A DNA stretch of 64,000 nt from Bugula neritina (taxonomy: Eukaryota > Animalia > Bryozoa): positions 6,252,722 to 6,316,721 of the forward strand of contig OZ037766.1 in assembly GCA_964035545.1 (NCBI GenBank), read 5' to 3'. Shown here piece after piece: positions 1 through 18,082 of this stretch. The notes beneath the pieces are model-generated. The model made no database searches, was not told the DNA's origin, and saw nothing but the letters and a program-made list of their open reading frames with translations. Position numbers and translations under genes: made by a program. Positions within the stretch are counted from its first letter, which is position 1. Every line of letters starts with the position of its first letter.

Positions 1-199
1 GAGTATTTTTTAGAATAAACCATTAGGCAGACTGCGATTATAAACACATTTTTTTCAAATTCTAGTTCTAAGCAAACCAATGGAGAAAGCACAGCCCATT
101 AAACAAAATTTTAAGAATCCAATGCCATTAGCCATTATTACTTAAATAAAAACAACAGCCAAAACCGTCTTTCTTTATGGGGGAACTTATAGACCACAC

Positions 200-1198
200 C
201 TGGTGTTTGGTGGTGGCAGACACTTCAGCTTTAAGCTTTCTGACATGTTCCTGATGTACATCCAACTGTTTCTTCAACTTGTTTACAAGATCTCGCTTGT
301 CTTCTTTTTCCATTTGCAGCTGCTTCTTCAGTGTAGACAACTCCTTCTCACTCCTGAAATGAAGCAATTAGTTTTCAAAATAAAAGCTTTGACTCAGCAT
401 GATGTAGGTGGAACCACTTTACAAACCACAATATACTGCTCAAGTCTTATGATACTTTGCAAGTGTTTCATTTGTACAACTTGTTTGAAGTTTAAGGCAA
501 ATGAAAAAATGGAGGTTATTGTTATATGCAGGAATAAAAAGGGAGGACAGGTCCTGTAAAAATCAATGGAACCAAGTTTTACACTTCTAGCCTAGTAAAT
601 TCTATGAATCAGCAATAAAATTCATTGAGCTCAATGCAGTAAAACTTAATATAAATTTAATTGAAATTAAATTTCTAGCTACACTCCCGTAACAAACTCC
701 ATTCAAATTCACCTTCTTGTACATAATAAAACCTAAATACACAGTGCAACCTTTACAACACACAGAAACACATAAACATTATTTCAAGTCTGTATTTTAG
801 GAACCAAACGAATGTCTGACAATAATAACTATGTTATAAACTTGTCGAAAGCTAACTTGGTGAGAGAGGGGTTGGCTTCACTCAGCTCTCGGCACTGATG
901 GCTGTACTTCTCCTCCAGCTCTGATAACTGAAGACGGGACTTTTCTAGAACATCACGTAACTCACTACTGACACTCTTTTCATTGTTTAGTGAACACTCG
1001 AGTTGTATAGATTTGCTCTACAAACACACAGCAGTAGTAGTGGTGGTAGTAGTGGTGGTAGTAGTGGTGGTAGTAGTGGTGGTAGTAGTGGTGGTAGTAG
1101 TGGTGGTAGTAGTGGTGGTAGTAGTGGTGGTAGTAGTGGTGGTAGTATTGGTGGTAGTGGTGGTAGTAGTATTGGTGGTAGTGGTGGTAGTGGTGGTA

Positions 1199-1280
<82 letters not shown>

Positions 1281-2248
1281 CAGCAGCAGTAGTAGCAGTA
1301 GTAGTAGCAGCAGCAGTAGTAGCAGCAGCAGCAGTAGTAATAGTGGTGGTAGTTGTGGTAGTGGTAGTAGTAGTAGAGGTAGTAGTAGAGGTAGAGTGAT
1401 TGTTAGTAGTAGCATTGGTGTTGCATTGGTTGCAGTAATGGTATTGGTGAAAAATATTGTAAGTTGTGGTAATTTTATTAGCAGTAACAGCAATAATAGC
1501 AGTAGTAGAACTTTACAGTAATGGCAGTTCAGTGAATGTAAACAATATTAAATAAAGTAAACCAATTTAATTCCTAAAAGTGGCAAATTGTGCACAAATT
1601 ATTTTATAAACAAAAACTAAAAATCTCAACAAATACTTCATGTTAGTTAAACCAGCACTCAATTGTAGTAGTTTTACTAGACAAATGCTATCTAAATGAA
1701 GTATTAACTGGACATATTAATTTTTTGTTTAGAAACTCAAGGGAATTCTCCACACTTGGATAAACTAAAGTTTTTATTGATTGTACAGTAAGGTAATTTT
1801 CGTTAGTGCCTAGTTCAGTTGTCCGAGGAACATAACAGTTCTCATGCCTTATTAATGAGAACGTTGCTACAATGCATCAACTGTTAGCATTGTGCATATT
1901 TGGATATGCACAACAAGGAAAAAGCATGATTATTTTTACATTATAATTCAGCTCATTGATTATACTTATAACAAAATAGCATTGCAACATATTTCTCTAC
2001 CTCCAGCAGTTCAAAGTTGTGTTCACTTTCTGCATGCATGGCGCTGACTGACTCCAGCTTGGCTGCTAAACTCTGGCATTTGCTTTGGGCTTCCTACAAT
2101 CATTTGTCAAACACAGCTGAAACTACAAACTAAATTGAACCCTTTTACTGTATTAGATAGTTTCAGGAATACAATTTATTTTTACCAACTGTAGGCTTTT
2201 TAGGAAGACAAGCATATAATATTATGTTAATGTTATAATAATGATATT

Positions 2249-2340
<92 letters not shown>

Positions 2341-5300
2341 CATAGGGGTGTGTGTGTATATAAGTATATAGGATGTATATGTATATGATCAATGCAACAT
2401 CCTATAATGCAATCCTCACGACATAAACTGAGAACGAAAAGAAACTATCTTTAAGGTAATCCTTAAATAAATTTATTTGCTAAGTTACTTTTTAATTGCA
2501 TGTGTAGTTTGACAAAATGTGTAAATTACTAACAGTAATGAATTATACAGTAAGTAAAATATTGACAGGCAAATGCCTTCTGGTAGCCACTTAATCTTCA
2601 GCTGAAAACTGCTGAAGCTCAAGAATTAAGTAAATACTTGTAATAGAGATTCTTGCTCCTGAGTCAAGGCTTGCTGCACTGAGAGCTCATCAACAACTCT
2701 ACTCTTCTCTGATTGCTCAGCTGTCAGTTCTTTTTCAGCCAATTGAATCTTCTCCAACATTTCTTTCAATATCCTGGAAAGTGGTAATTCTAAAGTGCAT
2801 GCATTAAGGTAAGACCATGTGCTTATAAGCTTACAAATGTTGTCACAATCAATAACTAGATATTTTAGTAATAAAGCACAATACATCGACATGAAATACT
2901 GAAAAGCTCAGGAAAAGCTCTGAAATATCAAGAGTTTAGCTGTTGTATAGCTTTCTAATTCTTTTACACGATCTAAAAGCTGTGCCCTTACTGTTCTTGC
3001 TCTTTTATAAACTCAGTAAGACGGACATTCTCAGCTCTAGATATTTCTATTTCTTTCTTTGTTTCAACTATCTGATTTCCATTAGACTCCAACTCCATTT
3101 TGAGGTTGTGCATTTCTTCAGCATGCTCTTGCTTACTTTTGGAGTTTTCTTCTTCCAACTTTTCCAGCTTAGATTTCACCTCAGATAATCGAGCTGATAT
3201 AAATAGAGCACAGCCAATTCTAAGTATCAACTTGTACGAGATATTTTATGGCTGAGCAAGTAATTATTGTGGGGATAATTTACTTGTATACTGTGAAAAA
3301 CCTTTTTAAGGCACAAAAATAATGAAGAAAAGAAATAAAACTATACCAAATAACATGATTAGCACTGTGCAATTTGTAACTATCGAAAAAATAAAACTTC
3401 ATTTACACTCATTCTATACTAGTGTCACCCTTAACTACATAAAATTCCCTAACTTAAAAGAATGTCAAGACTTTCATAACAAGATTTAATGAAAGCTGTG
3501 TAACAACTTGTGCTGAAAATATAGCTCTCAACAAAATTCCATTGCAACTATTTCAGGTAATGAGCCTCTATTATATAAATAAACTGTATTCCAGCTACAA
3601 ATCAAATGCATTAGGAGTTGCCTGTCTACCAGAGGACAATACAAAGTGGACACTATCTGGCAGCTTACACTTAAGGTCATCAATTTGCTTGAGATCTTGT
3701 GCCTCCCTCTGCTCACTGTACGAAAGGTCCTGCTTGTGTTTCTTACGAGTTTTGGCTAGTTCATACTCCAGCTGTTCAGTGTAGACGGCCTGCTCCTCTG
3801 CCCTAGCCTGCAGGGCCACGTTTTCACATTTCAATAATGACATCTATAATCATATTACATCATAGCTGCAATGTTGTGCAAAGAGCTTGCATAACACACT
3901 GATTTTTAAAAAATAATCAAAATGAGTTAAAAACCCAGAAACCATTAAAGCATAGGATCAACAATAAAAGTAAGCATACAAATATTATAAAATATGTGCT
4001 GGCAAATGCAATACTAAGCAATACCAACTCCATAAAACAGGTAGATTGAGCATTACAGTGATTGAACTTAATATTTATCTCCTTTTAAAAAAAATTGTGC
4101 TTTTTAAAACTTATCAGTCATTCATGTAAAGTTTGTTTAAAGCAATCATAGTACAAAATATAATGTCAAAGGATTGTTTTGAATGATTAAATAATACAAA
4201 AATGTGTAATAATTTCACATGTTTTGCTGTAAGTTATTTATTTTGAAAAAGATAGATAGTAGTTATGTTGATGTGCTACAACATGAAGTCATTATAGATC
4301 TAACCTCATCATTGAACTGCGAGGTTTGACCTAACTTATCTTTATTGATTTGTGTAAGCTTTGCCCTGAGGTGCCGAACAGTAACTAAAATTAAACAGAC
4401 ATATACTTGTATTAAATTATAGTGCAAATGAAAGCAAGTAATGCAGTGTGTATTTTATACAAAAATATATATGTGCATGTTATTATTGGTAACTTTCAAC
4501 AGTGTCATTACTGGGTTTACTCAATGTAAATATTTAATAAACAAAATAACCGCACTGTTTACTAGAGAACAGCATGATTCACAAAAACTTCAAGTATACA
4601 ATAAAAATACACAACACACATATAAACTATTACAATGGCTTATTAGTTCAAGAGAAGGTATATTATATAATATGAATAATAAAATAAAATAAATACCTCT
4701 TTCTGACTCCAATTCACTTTTTATTCTTTTCATCATTCGTTTGAGATGAGCCAAATTAACAAAATCAGCTGTTGATATGTCACTTTCATTGTCACTTCCT
4801 TCAAATGAAGGTATTGCCATGTCAGTTTGTAGCTTTGTATTATTATTCCTGCTGTTTTGATTATTCTGAAACAGCAAAACAAGTTAAATAAACATCCATT
4901 GTGTTAATTTTCCGATGTAGTACTGAAATAAAAACAACATAAAGAAAAGTCAGTAAAATTTTGTAATTTACAATAGTCTAGATTGTCAACCGTTTTAGCC
5001 ACATTTAGAAAACAAAATAATTTGCTGTAATTTAAACACTTTTATAACAAGCATTTTAACACACTTCCATAATTAGGCATTAGTTTCAAAATAAAATCGA
5101 AATAAGCATTATTAAAAACTTGTAAATATAGACTTGCCGAATTGTTTTCATTTTTTAGAAAGTCATTTTCATTAGCTGGTATATCAAGGATATGATCACA
5201 GTCCATGTTAATAGAGCTGCTTGATATGGGAGACATTCCTGGACTGCCTATGAGTTTGTCTTCAGATGTGGAGGTCTCTGAGGTCTGGTCACTCTCTTCA

Positions 5301-5398
5301 GATGTAATGGACTTTGAACTAACAGCTTGTTTACCCGAGACTACTTCATTGCTAGTGGCTGACCCTTCAGCCTCCTCATCTTGTTCAGCAGAATTCAT
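200..5398 (-). CDS. CCDC171: Coiled-coil domain-containing protein 171-like (multi-exon; 3' part continues beyond the left edge of the window)
   Basis: Spliced exons at approx. 5398-5122, 4866-4697, 4386-4305, 3843-3672, 3196-2992, 2773-2638, 2093-2001, 1017-857, 354-200. The joined peptide [71 protein letters not shown] and [35 protein letters not shown] resembles my recollection of vertebrate CCDC171 ([22 protein letters not shown]...LEYDLAVARKE; AAHLESKFNSEIIQ). The start codon is uncertain. Confidence 0.7.
1029..1395. repeat. Compound microsatellite (GGTGGTAGTAGT)n-(AGT)n-(AGC/AGT)n in a CCDC171 intron
   Basis: Directly visible. It produces the spurious poly-V, poly-SG and poly-LP ORFs. 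Confidence 0.97.
2245..2337. repeat. (TA)n microsatellite, intronic
   Basis: Directly visible. Confidence 0.97.
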
Positions 5399-6189
5399 CA
5401 CTTTTTGCCCTTCAAACTTAAAAACATTAAAAATTTGTAATATATTCGCAAAACATAGAAACTTTCAAAAAAAAATTGATGCTAAAAATACCATCATAAT
5501 TTGACATAGACAAAACACAAAAGCAAATTTATTGTAACTAAATTCACATTGTAGTTATATAAAAAAAAATGACATTCTGCTTAACACATGTTCATTTATT
5601 CACGCAGCTATTGTAAAATACTTGAGTGAGGGTTAATGAAGGTTAGTTTACTAATACAAAGTATATTATAGCGCATTTAATATCATTGTGATTGTCTAAG
5701 GCATTAATAGCATACATTTTCTAACAACTATAAAAACCACTATGACTGACCCTTAGTATTAACTGATCACCAATAGCATCATCAAATATCTACAAGTATC
5801 ACTACCTATACTCTAATTTGAATATAATTACATTTCTTATCATAGTCATAATGTATAAGAATTACAACTATTAGATTTACTCTTGTACAGGTCATACGGT
5901 ACCTACTATTAGTATTAGTATTACTATTACTCACTATTACTCAGTATTAGTATTAGTGTTACTATTACGACAAATACAAGTATTACCACAAATAATAGTA
6001 TAACTACAAGTAAAAACTAAAAGTCTTATATATAAGTTATAAGTATAACTTAAACTTAAAAATTATTCATTAAACTATAGTAATAGTTATCACTATCAGT
6101 GACAGTATCAGCGAGTATGAGTATGAGTATGAGTATGAGTATCACTATCCTCATCCTGGTTACTTTACAGGCAGGTCAGGTCATTCTAG

Positions 6190-6500
6190 CGTGACTTCAT
6201 TTTTTTAACATGTGCCGTTATAATAATCAACTTATTATAAACCCTTGATATTGCTCAGATATGTTACAGATGCTGCAAAGAACTACTTTTAGTTTGAAAT
6301 GTCATTGAAAAAAGTTTATAAACACCGCCATGTTTGACAACAATAACTGCTTAGATTATTGGTCGCATATATTATTAACAGACCAATTATTGCAGCTTTC
6401 CACGCTCGATAGCCAATGACGGGGACCATCGATTACTTCATTTCTTAACTGTAAGTTTTCTACAAAAAGAGGCAATAAATGTAAGAGCTCAATTTGAAAT
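6190..6500. promoter_or_regulatory. Putative bidirectional promoter between CCDC171-like (-) and PLEKHB-like (+)
   Basis: Complex-sequence island between two low-complexity tracts. It has a YY1-type CAAACATGGCGG on the minus strand (6325-6336), three CCAAT boxes (ATTGG 6358-6362, CCAAT 6383-6387 and 6413-6417), TTTGAA at 6293 and 6493, and a plus-strand donor ct|GTAAGT at 6451. Confidence 0.55.
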
Positions 6501-8227
6501 GTAAGGAGTTGTCCCACTAGTTTAGACTAGTCCACTGGTCTAGTCTAGTCCCAGTAGTCTAAACTACCAGCGATGGGGCTATACTAATACAGTATGAGTA
6601 TGAGTACACTTATTTGGCAAGTTTATTCTCATGAATCATAAATTAATACTTGAGTCAAGATGAATAATTATAGTATCGTGTCATATATTACATTTACTAA
6701 GAGTATAATTATGATGATTTCTATTAGTAGGACTGTGTTGTTCTCACATAGTTATTGTTATTATACCAATAGGCAATATAAATATGATAAAAGAAAATTT
6801 AGGTCAAATTGAAATTGAAATAATTACATTTATTTTAACTTTTAGTTTTACATTATCACTATGACTATAATATATCAATATGCTTATGAGTATGAATATA
6901 AATGATAATAATACTTAATAGTATAAATGTTAATAAATCAAATATAGTAATATTATATTTATTGTTGATAATAATTTACATTAATATTATAATTTGATAT
7001 GTTGATTTATTAAATTTAGTTATAGCTATCAACAATATCAATATGAATAGAGTAAAACTAAAAGTAAATGTAATACTTATAATTTATAATTATGCTATTA
7101 GTATTACTAATAGTAATACTAATAGTAATAGTAATACAATAATAATATTAATTTAATTATAATAAGGATAACCATTAACTGTAACAATAATACCAATGGC
7201 AATACTTATACTTATAGTTATAATTATACTTATAGTTATGTACATTATACTAACAGTAATAGCCAATAGTGAATAGGGAAAATACTGACCTTGCAGTATG
7301 AGTATCAGTATCAGTATAAATATAGGTATAACTGTAAGTATAAGTAGTAGTAATTGTATAACTATAAGTATTAGTATACATAACATCTAATGATCATTTA
7401 CATTTGCAAATTTAGCTTTGAGTTTGTGGTGTGTTGTACAACTACAATTTTAAGATCACTATTGTGATTAGAGTTAGTGTTACTTACTGTTAGCTTTCAC
7501 TGATTTTTGTCATCAAATTTTAAATTTGATATTATGATACTGATTTTCACAATAGAGTTGCACTGTGCAAGACTTCTTTAATAGCATTTTGAGTCATACT
7601 TATTTATATTCATTTTGTTTTAAAAAGAGCATCATCATCACTATCAAAATGATAGTTACTTTTATATACTAGTACCAGTAGGTTTCATTCCAGATAGACG
7701 CTTCCCAATTAAACGATAGGCTAAATTTCCCACTTGGACGTTTTCCACTTAGAAAGGTTTTCTATGAAGTATAAATGCTTGTGAAGATAAAATTTTAGCT
7801 CCCATTTTTTGCAAAGTAGTGCGTGGTGCTGTAAAGCCATCGAATAAATGGGAGAGGGGCAAGCTTGTAGTTTATATTAAAGTGACTGGCACTAAATCCG
7901 TAATCTCATTACTAATCGTGTCTAGAGGATAAACCCTATTTTTCTGCTTGCCTTTGAAGAATTGTTCTTAAAAAATGTTTTAAGTTCACCATATTCAGTG
8001 GTCTAGTTCTGGTTCTAAGCAAAACTTTGAAGCTCAATTTTTATAATTACGTGTATATATGCTAGTAAGCTACAATGCATTGGTGATATGTTATAATAGC
8101 TGTATTCATCTTTTTTAAGTTTTTTTTCAGTTTACAGACACATTTTTGAATATATATATTCAGCAATTTTATATACCTGTAGATAACAGTATAATCAAGA
8201 TTTGGGGAAACACAATATACATTTTAG

Positions 8228-11200
8228 ATGGCTACACCACTGAAGTCCGGCTTTCTGCAAAGATACAGTCGTAAGCTATTTTATAGCAATTATTTTTTTT
8301 ACATTCAGTTTTCAATGTAAAAAATAGTTTCATAAACATATAACACTTATATTATATACATAGATTGATGTGATTGTTTAGGATGCGTGTAGCTCGAAGC
8401 TTGAAAGTTTGCAGTGTAAGTAAAAAGATCATATACACTTATTGGCACAATTTTGAATAAAAAACCTAATGGTTGGAACTCACCACTAATTATACTGATA
8501 CTATTGATTTTTTAGCATTTAGCATTTTTAGCACTCTAAAACTCTGAATTTGTAGACTATGCTAAACAAATCTGCCTTTAACCAAGACAAATAATGATTG
8601 TAATTGTGCAGAACTAGTAGCAATATAGATAAGAGCAAAGGAATTACTAAAACTGTAGATTTTGTTGTGTATCATATGCAACACATAGCTGCAGCTATAA
8701 TAATGATTTTTTTCAGGGAAGTTTATGCAAGAAGGTTGGAAACCCATATGGTGCGTTTTGTATAGTGACAGTACATTTCTTTGGTATAAGCATCAAAACG
8801 ATCGTTCGGCAAAGGGGCAAGTAAATCTGAAGGTAAACTATGAATACAGTAGTTTATAAGCATATAACACAATAACTTGTGTCATATGCATAAAAAATAT
8901 GCGTTTAAATTTGCTCAGCTTTTTGGGTTAATTTATTGTGATTATTGAGTCTTGGTGAAGGAGAGGCTACTGTACTGTCAGGCAAGACTTACTCACTTGG
9001 CTCGCTTTTCGCTTGACCGTTAGACAGCGTCGACAGTAGAGGGCTACTGTCGCACTAGGCGCATCACTTCACCCTGTGTGTAGACACACCAACCAACTAA
9101 AATTGTGATTATTATAGAATTGGGGTTTAATGGAATGTTTATATTTGTGATGGTTTTTTGCAGAGTATTGCAGAGTTTTTCGCGGTGGGTGTATTTGCTA
9201 CCCGTATACCGAATGCCCCTAAAGTACCCCAGCAGCAGGCGGAGTTGTTGATAGCTCTTCCTGACAGACCCAGCAGGGATGCTTTTGTAGAGTTTTTTAT
9301 GGCAAACAGCAAACCAGAATTAGAGTGAGTTGCTATTTACTATTAATACACACTTTTATTATATACTATCACTGCATACTATGTTATATTATTGCTGTGT
9401 GCTATATGCTGTTTACTATATATTATTACAGCATAATACTACAGCATGCTACCTCTATATGCGATAACGATTTACTATGACTACACACTATGTACTATTA
9501 CTATAATATGTTACTACTATGTACTGTGTCCTATTACTACATACCAATAATATATACTATTGCTATGTATGCTATTGCTATAAACTATTACTAATTGCCA
9601 ATCATGATTAAAATATATATGTTTGCTTTATGAGAATAATTGTAGTTATAAAATAAAGTGTTTCTTGTATATATATTCATTGGATTTGGTAAGTAACTGT
9701 AACTTTTTTCATTGACGTTAATTTAGAGGTGGCAGTCACAATGCTCTGATACTTGGTTGTATATTTTTGTAGTGAGTGGATGTCGAAAATGGTTTCAACT
9801 GTGAGTAGTCTTTAGAATATAATTCATCTGTATTAATTACTTTTTTTGGGTTTTAGTTGACATACTTTATTATTGAAAAGCGTGCATCTGATTTTCTTCA
9901 TTTGATAAAATTTCATTAATATTTACAGTCGACAAACTTACCTCAATTTACAATCCTGATAACAAATTAAAGGTTAAGATTTACTTGGTTTTTATCGTCA
10001 TATTGTTTATTGTTTTATCGTTATTGTTTAATTTTTGTAAATATTTCTTCTATTAAAGTTACCCCCTGCACCTGCAGCCCCTCCACCGACAGCGGCCCCT
10101 CCTGGCCCATCTCATGCCCCTCCTCCTTCTGGTTCATATCACGCTGCTCCTGCTGGCGGGATGCCTCAACCTGGTTTAGGATTTGGTAGGATAAATTATT
10201 GCTTCTTCTGACGGTTTAATCTTAATATAAATATAAATACTGAATGTCCATCTCTCCTCAGACTGTCAGTTTGATGTGGGAGCTTGTGATGGAGTTGATG
10301 CTGTTTGTAAATGACTTGAGTTATACTGATACTGAGTATAAACTTAACCAACTGGTGATGTTTTAGATATGCCAGGCCCCTCTAGCTACCCAGCACAACC
10401 AGGGGCATATCCACAGCAAGGGACTTATCCACAGCAAGGGGCGTATCCACAGCAAGGGGCGTATCCCCAGCAACCAGAGGCATATCCACAGCAACCAGGG
10501 GCATACCCCCAGCAGCCAGGGGCGTATCCTCAACAAGGAGCATACCCCCAGCAGCCAGGGGCGTACCCACAGCAAGGTGAATCTTTCTATATCACAATAC
10601 ATTCACCTAGTCTTGAAAATGTTGGAATGAAATAAGACATATAGCTTACTGTTCTCTTGTAATTATTCTACCAATTTTCTAGCTTGCAGTATATGCATAG
10701 TTTTAAATCTAAATAAAACAAATATGCGCAACCCAAAAAGGGGATGTCAAAATAAAAAATATACTGAAATGAAATGTCTTTGGTTATTCAGTTAAATGCC
10801 CAAACTGTTGGTTATGTGAAGGAGACATAATTCATTGAATAAAATGATCCAACAGCAAGCACACAGCATATGTGCTGACTTAGTATTGTTTCTATTGTGT
10901 CATTCATTTCAGAGCAAGGATAGAGTTATTGTCAACTCCTGTGGGTTTATAGTTGGAAATTCCAACTATTGTGTGTTCCGTAGGTGTTGAATTTCATTTA
11001 TTAAGTTTAAACCTGTGACCTTCACAGCATGTTTTTGCAGGTGGCTACCAACAACCACCTGGTTACAATGGCTACCCGGCAGCAGGTGCTGCCCATGGTA
11101 CTCATCAGATAGTGTACAAGAATGGCAAGCCCAAGAAAAAGAAAATACTTGGAGTGAACCAAAACACAGCTACTGGTATGTCTTCCAGCATAATGTTTCA

Positions 11201-11899
11201 TATATTAAAAGTGACCATAAGTTCAACTTCAGTTGCAATGATCATGAATTTGTTGGATTGGTTTGTCATTGTGATTTTTAAGTAAACTGTAAAAGCAAGT
11301 TGTAGTTGTTACAATGTATTATTTATATTAACTATTATTCTTTTATTCTAACTTGTCATAGAAATTAATGTTGGAATGATGTTTGTTGCAGTAATAATGA
11401 AAAAATACATTATTAGAACTATAAGCATGTTAATAAATGTGGCACGCACTATCATTAGGCAAAACATTATACTGGGTTAACTCTGCATTATAAAAGACAG
11501 CATAATATTGTAACTGATAGTTAATCAGAAACAGGCATTTGCTTAGTAGTAAATACACAAAAATCATCTGTGGAGATTTAGAAATTAAGATTTGTTTTTC
11601 ATTCTTTGGTATATTTTACTCCAAAATAGTTTAGGATAAGTTACCTCCCTGCAATGCCAATGCAAACAAATTTCTTGTTGGCACATACATTTTCCATTGA
11701 GCTGTAACCATGACTATACTTTGTACAACTTCTTGCTTTAGGGGTGATTGGTGGTGCTGCAGCTGGTTACATGCTCGGTAGGATGACTGGAGGGTTCGGC
11801 GGATGGGGACACGGGTTTGGCGGCGGCTGGGGAAGCTGGAGCTCACTAAGTAGCTTCGGGAGTTGTGGAAGTTTTGGCAGTTTTGGTAGCTTTGACTAG
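8228..11899 (+). CDS. Evectin/PLEKHB-like protein: N-terminal PH domain, Pro/Gln/Tyr-rich (GAYPQQ[P]) repeats, C-terminal Gly-rich hydrophobic tail
   Basis: In-frame exons 8228-8270, 8717-8832, 9164-9324, 9773-9800, 10059-10185, 10367-10576, 11041-11175, 11742-11899, all GT-AG. Translation: [53 protein letters not shown]...[17 protein letters not shown] (PH signature with the helix Trp); ends [52 protein letters not shown]. The architecture matches PLEKHB1/2. Confidence 0.8.
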
Positions 11900-12683
11900 T
11901 CTTTCTAAGTAATCTCTAGCTTTTTGTGATTTTTCTCATATAATATATTTGTTATGTAATGTTGTAATGAAGAAAATATTGTATTTTTGTATTGTTTTGA
12001 TTTTACAGGCGTACTGTATTTTATTATAAAGTTCAACACAAATTTATTAGCTTTTGCCAGTATTTAGAAATAACTTGACATTTCATGCAATTTTTCACTT
12101 ACTCACTGTGGCCGAAATGTGATAGGTTCAAACAGCGCTATTGATAATTATTCACTATATTCTATTTTGAATGCAACAGTGTACTTATGAATGCTAAAAG
12201 TGTCTTTCTAGCTAAATTTGCTGTATACTTTTTGGCAACAATTGTCATAAAGTAGCTGAAATGTTTTATAATTTATTTGCCTCCCCATAAACAGATTTGG
12301 TGTTTGTGTATATGTGATTAATTTATCAGAAATATAAAGCTTAATATATTTTTTACTTTAACTGAAAGGCGATTATTTTTTAAATAACACTATTACATAT
12401 AAATATATAATTTGCTGCATTTTTTATTATGATGGATATTTTTTGCTTTGAAATATGAATTACAAATGTTCCTAAAATCAGTTGAATAATTTAATCAGGT
12501 ACATCCAGGAACTTAATTAATTTTTTTTTATTATCTAAAACTAGATAATGCCATCAATGGTACTGAGATCAATTAAAACGCGAAATTGAACACGTGCTAA
12601 TTTTGCTAACTATCGCGTCGAAGTTGCAGCTGAGGTCTATGCAGCTAACTTACATAACACATGTTGTCTCCGCCGGCAGAATG

Positions 12684-12703
12684 TGAATTTTCTAGAAATT
12701 TCA
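12684..12703. promoter_or_regulatory. Heat-shock element (four alternating nGAAn units) upstream of HSP60
   Basis: tGAAt-tTTCt-aGAAa-tTTCa, about 200 bp upstream of the donor GA|GTAAGT (~12905) of a presumed non-coding first exon of HSP60. Confidence 0.85.
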
Positions 12704-13616
12704 CATGCGCTTTTACTATAGTCCAATATTTGATAAATATACGTGCAGGTTTATTATTCTTGAATAATTGAATGGTGACAGTAAAAAAGCCAAACTTCCA
12801 AGTCTAACCGGCATTGCAACATCTCGCTTTTTTCATATTGCACGTGCAGGGAAGGAAAGATTTGCCATTATTATCATTGATAAATCTGCTAACCTGAATT
12901 GAGAGTAAGTTTAAGTAAAGCACTATTAATATTACTACTTAGATAATTCTAAAACTGATTTGTATTAATTTTGATGATTATCATACTGATGATCACGGTA
13001 TTGCCATTGCCATTGGACTTGGGAATCTTTATCTTCTAGTACTAGTAGTAGTAGTACTACTACTACAGTACTACTGGTACTACTAGTACTACTACTAGTA
13101 GTAGTAGTAGTTCTACTCTCACTCTGGCTCTGAGTAACACCAACTCTAAGTCTAACACAGTAACTGTAAGTGTAACACTCTAACAGTAATATTAAATCAC
13201 AACTGTAACTCAAACTGTAAGAGTAAAGGTAAGACTTGCAGTTACGCAGACTGAGACAGTAACTTTAAGTTTAAGTCTAGGACTTGTAGTTGAACTTGGC
13301 AGTTAAACTTTATCAGTTTATGCAATTGTAAATCACTAAATGTAAATCAAAATTTTGTCACCAATTATGAATTAATATTATCATGAATTGATATTAATCA
13401 TTATAATTATGGTTTAACTTTACGTTAGTCTTAGACTTCGTGTTAGTTGTTAGTTTTACTGTTATGCTTACTTTTAAAGTAGTCTTACTGTAAGTGTATG
13501 GTTTTACCCATTGACTGCATTGCTTACTCTTACTGTAAGTGTTAGTGCATGCTAATGCTTGCACCTGGCAGCATTCTGATTCTCAGTTTTTGCTAATTTT
13601 ATTCTACACTTGACAA

Positions 13617-13686
13617 GTATCAGCATCTACAAAATGAAAAAGTTTTTTGCAGTATCAGCATCTACAAAATGAAAAAGTTTTTTGCA
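13617..13686. repeat. 34-bp tandem duplication in HSP60 intron 1
   Basis: GTATCAGCATCTACAAAATGAAAAAGTTTTTTGCA occurs twice in tandem. Confidence 0.85.
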
Positions 13687-14453
13687 AAAGCTTTCCAAAC
13701 AGTACGAGTATAATAAACTTGGAGTTGAAGTTTGACTTTAAGTAACTGTAATGTAATGTATTTGCAAATTTAACCAGATGAATTTTTTGACATACTGATG
13801 GTATAACTCTAAGTATTAGCAATATATTCATGTAATTGAATGCAAAGCTTCAACTAGGAACATTTTAAATCAAATTTCGATTGTCAATTGAATTAATAAG
13901 CATTGATGATTTATTAAGCAATAACTGCTTAAATTATTATGTAGTTTTATTAAATACTTCAAATAAATGAAAGCGGGGAATAAATAATTTTAGCTCATAT
14001 GAATTTAATGTAATTTTATTTTAAGCCCAACTTTTATTCGTGGATAAATTGTGTTATGTGACTTCTTCTACTCATGTTATAACTAATCTGGTCCGCTTGC
14101 CATTTAGCATTTGATTTATGCTTGTATTTTGTTCTGTTTGCTGCTTCTACTCCATCCATAATAATTTATTCACAACTAATTCACCTTAACATGTTCAAAA
14201 TATAATGCTCTAGTTGATAAATTATAAACAGTTTATGGTGTACAATTTATTTTGCACTTATTTTCATCACACTTGATGCTGGTGTTTTAAAAATAGTTTT
14301 AATAATATGTACAGAAAACACAATTAATGATTCTGTATCATTCAGCATTTTTCTATTGTTGGAAAACTGTTCTGCAAGCAACAATATATTGAAATTCTCA
14401 TTGTTGCAGATTAATATATACAATAATGTTATTTTATCTAATTTAGACTCTAA

Positions 14454-18082
<3,629 letters not shown>

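Noticed and set aside
983-1521. Poly-Val, poly-Ser/Gly and poly-Leu/Pro ORFs
   Set aside because: They are translations of an intronic triplet microsatellite; the real CCDC171 exon starts at ~1017 on the minus strand.
7675-7765. Short repeated motifs (TTCCCA.TT..ACG) resembling a transposon subterminal region
   Set aside because: No matching opposite end found; too degenerate.
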